A stretch of 63,975 nt of DNA, the filler included, from Salisapilia sapeloensis CBS 127946 (Eukaryota; Protista; Oomycota): the NCBI GenBank assembly GCA_023334545.1. It is 10 parts of 10 records of this genome, joined end to end, with 100 filler letters (N's around TTAATTAATTAA, not from the genome) between each part and the next. Parts side by side here need not be neighbours in the genome. Positions count along the whole stretch, not along the records: positions 54,665 to 62,853 come from JAADVB010000496.1; positions 62,954 to 63,975 come from JAADVB010001351.1; 8 more parts are not named here. One strand, written 5' to 3'. A program made the position numbers and the translations under genes. Below, piece by piece: positions 59,617 to 63,975 of the stretch; position 1 is the first letter of the stretch, and the number at the start of each line of letters is the position of its first letter. The notes under the pieces are model-generated. The model saw only the letters and a program-made list of their open reading frames with translations. It searched no databases and was not told the origin of the DNA.

Positions 59617-60504
59617 TTTGTTGTTGTTGTTGTCTTAAGCTTGAGCTTGAGGAGGAGAATTGGAGAATGATAAAGTTGCTGTCCTGAGGTACTCCCCACA
59701 AGCGTCCGCATGGCTTCCAGTATCTAGTATAAGCGCATTTGATGGATGCCTTGACGTCAGCCATTTGGATCTACATTATAATCTTCCAAGCGTGAGTAGC
59801 AACCCGGACAGCAGGATTACCAGAACACTTCAGACTCATCCTTAATCTATACCCAAACAACATCATCTATAGTAAAGCATGGAAAGTCCTATCTTCAAGT
59901 AGATGCCAAAGCGACGTGCGCCATTGTCACTCGCCACGGGAAACGAAAGTATACGGTAGAAATCTTAATAGATGTGACATAGAAAGATAAACGCGGTCCT
60001 CATGTAGTGTATTAACTTAATTTGCCATCGTAATCGATTTAAACTACAATGCCGGTGTGATGGCAAACGATACCTCGATGCCACTTATTGTATCCTTGCA
60101 CGCGTACATGCTCAGATCGACTACCGAAACGAAGTAAATGAGACCACTCACAGTCTATACCTGTATCCATCTGTTATCTGGCACTCGCGACCACGTCTGT
60201 TCCGATCAGTTTGTCAGCAAAGTATCCACGTCCATTTCATCCGATTGCATGAACAGCTCATGCACAATGGTACTCTCTGCGCTCGGAGATGGCTGTGACC
60301 AGGCCTTCCGAGCCGGAATACATCACATCGCGTGCGGGTTTGCGCGTGATCGTCTAAAAAATCCACTGATCAAGGTCCAAAGTTTCTAGGAAAGAAAAGT
60401 GTAGCTTTCTATGTTTCCGCTTAGCCTCCTACAGATGCTGCATCGTCCCGCTCGAAGCGGCATGTATTCTGAAAGACTGGACACGCAGCACCAATCTGGC
60501 AAAG

Positions 60505-62826
60505 CTACTTACGATAGCGTTCTCGAAATAGATTGTGGCGTTGCTTGGCACCGTGCCCAGCAGAGTACTCCATGTACTTACTACCATCCGCGCCAGACAA
60601 TGCACCAAGCGAAGACGCTTTCTTTCTCTTTTGCCCCAACTGCAACCTCGATAAATCCTCTTCGTCGCGAATCGCTGCGTTTTCATCTTTCGCCGCACCT
60701 TCCACATCTGCGCTCAAAACTTCGTTGAGCAATTGACGCTGCGCATCCTTCTTCGAAAACGCGCCTTCAAACTCCCCTGGCTTGTACAAATCCGTCACGA
60801 CCTTAAACGTGTAGCCTTGGTCCACGAGATACTGCTGCCGCTTATTCGAGTAGTACATTTCATGCGTATCAGTCGAGATGAGCGTATAGAAGAAAGCATT
60901 GAATCCGCCCGTGGCATTCGCTTTCGGACGGAGGATACGACCCAATCGCTGCGCTTCCTGTCGTCGCGAACCAAAGTGCGACGACACTTGGATGATGACA
61001 TTCGCTTCCGGCAAGTCGATTGACGTATCTCCGACTTTCGAGATACAAATCACGTTCACTAATGGCGAGTTACGGAACGATTGGAGCAGACGCATGCGCT
61101 CACGTTCGCCCGTGCCACCGTAAATGTATCCCTTCTTGAGCTTTGTCGCGTATAGACGCAAGGCAAAGACGTCATCGGAGAAGACAAGGATTTTATCTCC
61201 TCGCTGCTCATGATACTTAATGAGAAACTCGGCGGCAGTGAACTTATTCGGGTTCGCAACATATAGCAAGGCTCTCTTCCGGGCGCTTCTCGTCTCGCGC
61301 AAATACTCGCGATAGAATTCACCTGCCATAGGGCACCAGACTTCGACACAAGACACATTGGCGAGGAAGCCACTCTGCGTTAGATCCATCCAATTGGCTT
61401 CATACAGCTTCGGACCGATCAAAAAGTTCAAGTCGCCGATCAAGTCATCCTCTCGGACGAGCGTAGCCGTTAGACCGAGTTTGCAATGACAAGCGATTGA
61501 GCCAATGACCTTTCGGAACATTTTGGCTGGCACCACATGCACTTCGTCAAGTAGGATGCATCCCCACTCGCGACTTTGGATGAGCTGCATCACCTCTTCA
61601 GACGCACGAGCACGACGACCGCCGAATGCAACCATCGTGTACGTCGTGACGATCACACCAGCGTTCGGATCGATATAGTCTTTTGCGACGGACGTGAAAC
61701 GAGCAAGCTTATTGTCCGGAATGTTCGTCCACATTTTGAATTGCGCTGCCCATTGCTCTACCGAGACGGCAGATGTGCAAAGCACAAGACACGACTTCTT
61801 CATCGTCGATGCCGCCGTGACGCCCGTCAGCGTCTTGCCAGCACCACACGGAAGCACAATGATACCAGACCGAGCGCGACCATTACCAAACATCTTACTC
61901 AATGATTTCTCCTGATACTCTCGAATACGTGTCGTAGGCTTTAGATCCATCTCGACGTCCGGAATCGTCTTATCATTACGAAAGTCGTACTCTTCCATAA
62001 GAGGATAATCCATATCTAAACACGCTCGCTTTACTTGCTCCACTTGACTCTTTCTGATTTTAAACGACACGGTCTGAATCGTCTTGGGCGCACTGCCTGC
62101 TCCATTATTGTCTGCTTGGGCACCAGACGTAGCTGTCTGTTCGTCGACGGCATCATAGTCTTCGTTCAGAAGTTTCTGGTATTGCAGGTTCGCTTGGTCT
62201 TCTGCAGACACTTCCTTCTGGATAAACTCCGAGTTCCCATCGTCCGTACGAACCTGAGCCGCAGCGTCCGCCGGCACGTCTTTAATACGAGCTGCACGGA
62301 TCTGGTCGTGCTCTAACAGCTTGCGTAAAACGTCCGGGTACAAGCTCTCGACATAAAATTCATTATGATGTAGCACGAGCTTTGCTTTGCCGTAGCTAAG
62401 CGTGCAATCTCGAATAAACTGCTCAATGACTTGTGGGAGTTGGTTCTTCGAAAGGCGCTCAAGGACTTTCAAGATGCTCTCCGTTTCGATTGAAACGGAG
62501 ACGGCGGCGTAGAGTGAGTACGGCGTCAGTTTATACTCGTGGAGGAATTCAGGACGAGAAACGGGCTCGGCGATGGCAACGAGGAAGTCGTACGCTTGTT
62601 TGTAGATAGGCGAAAAGGCTTCGAGGAATATACGTCCGTTTGGACACACCCATACAGGTCGAGAAGCATGATCCTTCTTCATCACTAATGACGAAAAATC
62701 GTAGTACGGCGGACTGTCGCTATCCCCACCCTGCGCACTAGCAGCGACGTCGTTCAGCTTGGAGAGTCGGTCCTGGATGCGCTTCGACAGGTTGCTCGAT
62801 GCGCCAACGCTGTCCACGGACGCCAT
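60505..62826 (-). CDS. ERCC3: TFIIH helicase/translocase XPB (frame open to the spacer, so 5' may extend)
   Basis: YKLTPYSLYAAVS, YPLMEEYDFRND, IREYQEKSL, SGIIVLPCGAGKT, LDEVH, LGLTATLVREDD, SKVGDTSIDLPEANVIIQ, SRRQEAQRLGRILR. Confidence 0.97.
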   Translation of the reverse strand: MASVDSVGASSNLSKRIQDRLSKLNDVAASAQGGDSDSPPYYDFSSLVMKKDHASRPVWVCPNGRIFLEAFSPIYKQAYDFLVAIAEPVSRPEFLHEYKLTPYSLYAAVSVSIETESILKVLERLSKNQLPQVIEQFIRDCTLSYGKAKLVLHHNEFYVESLYPDVLRKLLEHDQIRAARIKDVPADAAAQVRTDDGNSEFIQKEVSAEDQANLQYQKLLNEDYDAVDEQTATSGAQADNNGAGSAPKTIQTVSFKIRKSQVEQVKRACLDMDYPLMEEYDFRNDKTIPDVEMDLKPTTRIREYQEKSLSKMFGNGRARSGIIVLPCGAGKTLTGVTAASTMKKSCLVLCTSAVSVEQWAAQFKMWTNIPDNKLARFTSVAKDYIDPNAGVIVTTYTMVAFGGRRARASEEVMQLIQSREWGCILLDEVHVVPAKMFRKVIGSIACHCKLGLTATLVREDDLIGDLNFLIGPKLYEANWMDLTQSGFLANVSCVEVWCPMAGEFYREYLRETRSARKRALLYVANPNKFTAAEFLIKYHEQRGDKILVFSDDVFALRLYATKLKKGYIYGGTGERERMRLLQSFRNSPLVNVICISKVGDTSIDLPEANVIIQVSSHFGSRRQEAQRLGRILRPKANATGGFNAFFYTLISTDTHEMYYSNKRQQYLVDQGYTFKVVTDLYKPGEFEGAFSKKDAQRQLLNEVLSADVEGAAKDENAAIRDEEDLSRLQLGQKRKKASSLGALSGADGSKYMEYSAGHGAKQRHNLFRERYRK

Positions 62827-62853
62827 CGCAGCCGAAGCGCTTCCGTTATCCTC

Positions 62854-62953
62854 NNNNNNNNNNNNNNNNNNNNNNNNNNNNNNNNNNNNNNNNNNNNTTA
62901 ATTAATTAANNNNNNNNNNNNNNNNNNNNNNNNNNNNNNNNNNNNNNNNNNNN
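62854..62953. other. Artificial contig spacer
   Basis: 44 N + TTAATTAATTAA + 44 N. Confidence 0.98.
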
Positions 62954-63975
62954 AGATTGTGATAGCAGTCTGTCGCCTGAGATTCAATGAGTTAGCTTTT
63001 GTAGAAGGTAAAAGATGGTGTTCGTCGTGACGATGGAGCGATCTGTTTGCTCACTGTCAACTTAGTAGCGTCAGCGTACAGAGACGATTGGTGAATCCTT
63101 CCATCCAAGCTGAAATTATTGATACATAAGTTTATCTCACGTTCTTGAGTGCTGATTGCAAGATTGAACGACTTTACACTTACATGTATCGAAATCATGA
63201 AGAAGTCGGTTGAGAGGTGCTCAAGGATCGCACAAGCAAACTTATAAGCTATAAATTTAGCTCTCCATTCACTCCTTTTGTCGAGGCAAAGAAAAGCACA
63301 GTTCCATCGAACGATCCATCGATTCGAAACGCTTGGGTTTTAATTGATATGTGTCATTCCGTGAATGGATGGAATTTTCGTTTTAAGCGTCTTCCAAGAA
63401 AGAAAGCAGTTTGCAAATCACTCAAATACTCGTTAGTGCTCACGTTAAATTTGTAAACCTTTCATAGACCTTCGTGGTTCCCTTCTCGTGGAGCTATCTA
63501 TGTCGATGACATGACCTAGTGTGAACGGCTAAGAGCTTGTCAGCAAATGCTCTATAGTATCTTAGGTGTAGATTACCAGTCGATATCTTCCATTTGCTTT
63601 TTTTATGGTGAATGCATGCTGTATCTGAGTACGGAAGCAGTTGGAGGAGAGCTTGTAAATCTGATGTGAATGCTAGTGTTAACAAGTACACGACGGCCTG
63701 CTTATCTCCCGACCACGTAAGCGGGTAATGTCCTTTCTCTTGATGCGATGAGTCAGCTGTTTTACAGTCGAAATGCCTAACATCGAATTGAAAAGCGAGG
63801 GCAGCTTCATTATGCTTGGTCTCTTTATATTGTCAAGGTCGTACAGGTATATGCCTGTGCATGGTGCTAAGCTCTTTCTAGCGTGTGCGTGTTTAAGGTA
63901 ACCGGCAAGTTGGATGAAGTGATAGGATGATCAAACTATCTGATGACAGACGAGACGTACGGGCGATCAATGATG

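Noticed and set aside
1-63975. tRNA, rRNA or snRNA genes and RXLR/CRN effectors
   Set aside because: I saw no convincing cloverleaf, rRNA-like sequence, or signal peptide plus RXLR-dEER or LFLAK motif by eye; tRNAscan-SE, Infernal and effector HMMs would be decisive.

Overview
Eukaryotic nuclear DNA, almost certainly from an oomycete. This is supported by M96-like and START-FYVE-like gene families, an AA17-like LPMO tail and GT-AG introns; BBS5 suggests a flagellated zoospore stage. I cannot assign the species. The window is not contiguous: ten contigs are joined by nine artificial 100-bp spacers (44 N + TTAATTAATTAA + 44 N), so adjacency across spacers is unproven. Gene-dense blocks have very small introns (mostly 48-62 bp) and very short intergenic gaps. 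Recognisable genes: MCU, a lamin-like protein, V-ATPase G, argininosuccinate lyase, a probable mitochondrial S21, GET3, YJU2, ALA synthase, MCTS1, a PDZ-CaM kinase, p23, BBS5, a fold-type III PLP enzyme, a ferric reductase, a CorA transporter, a GH1 glucosidase and XPB. These blocks alternate with AT-richer tracts carrying pseudogenes and a Copia gag relic. Strongest observations: (1) a spliced gene, incompletely shown by the ORF track, that appears to join a SAP30 Sin3-binding domain, an ING-type PHD finger and a forkhead-like winged helix; (2) a 12.8-kb housekeeping contig bracketed by 259-bp inverted repeats; (3) a lamin-like gene whose CaaX box sits in a 15-nt terminal micro-exon; (4) an EF-hand/CorA fusion; (5) two convergent genes sharing a PDZ-like module. 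All exon structures are manual predictions and all domain calls come from recalled motifs, not database searches.
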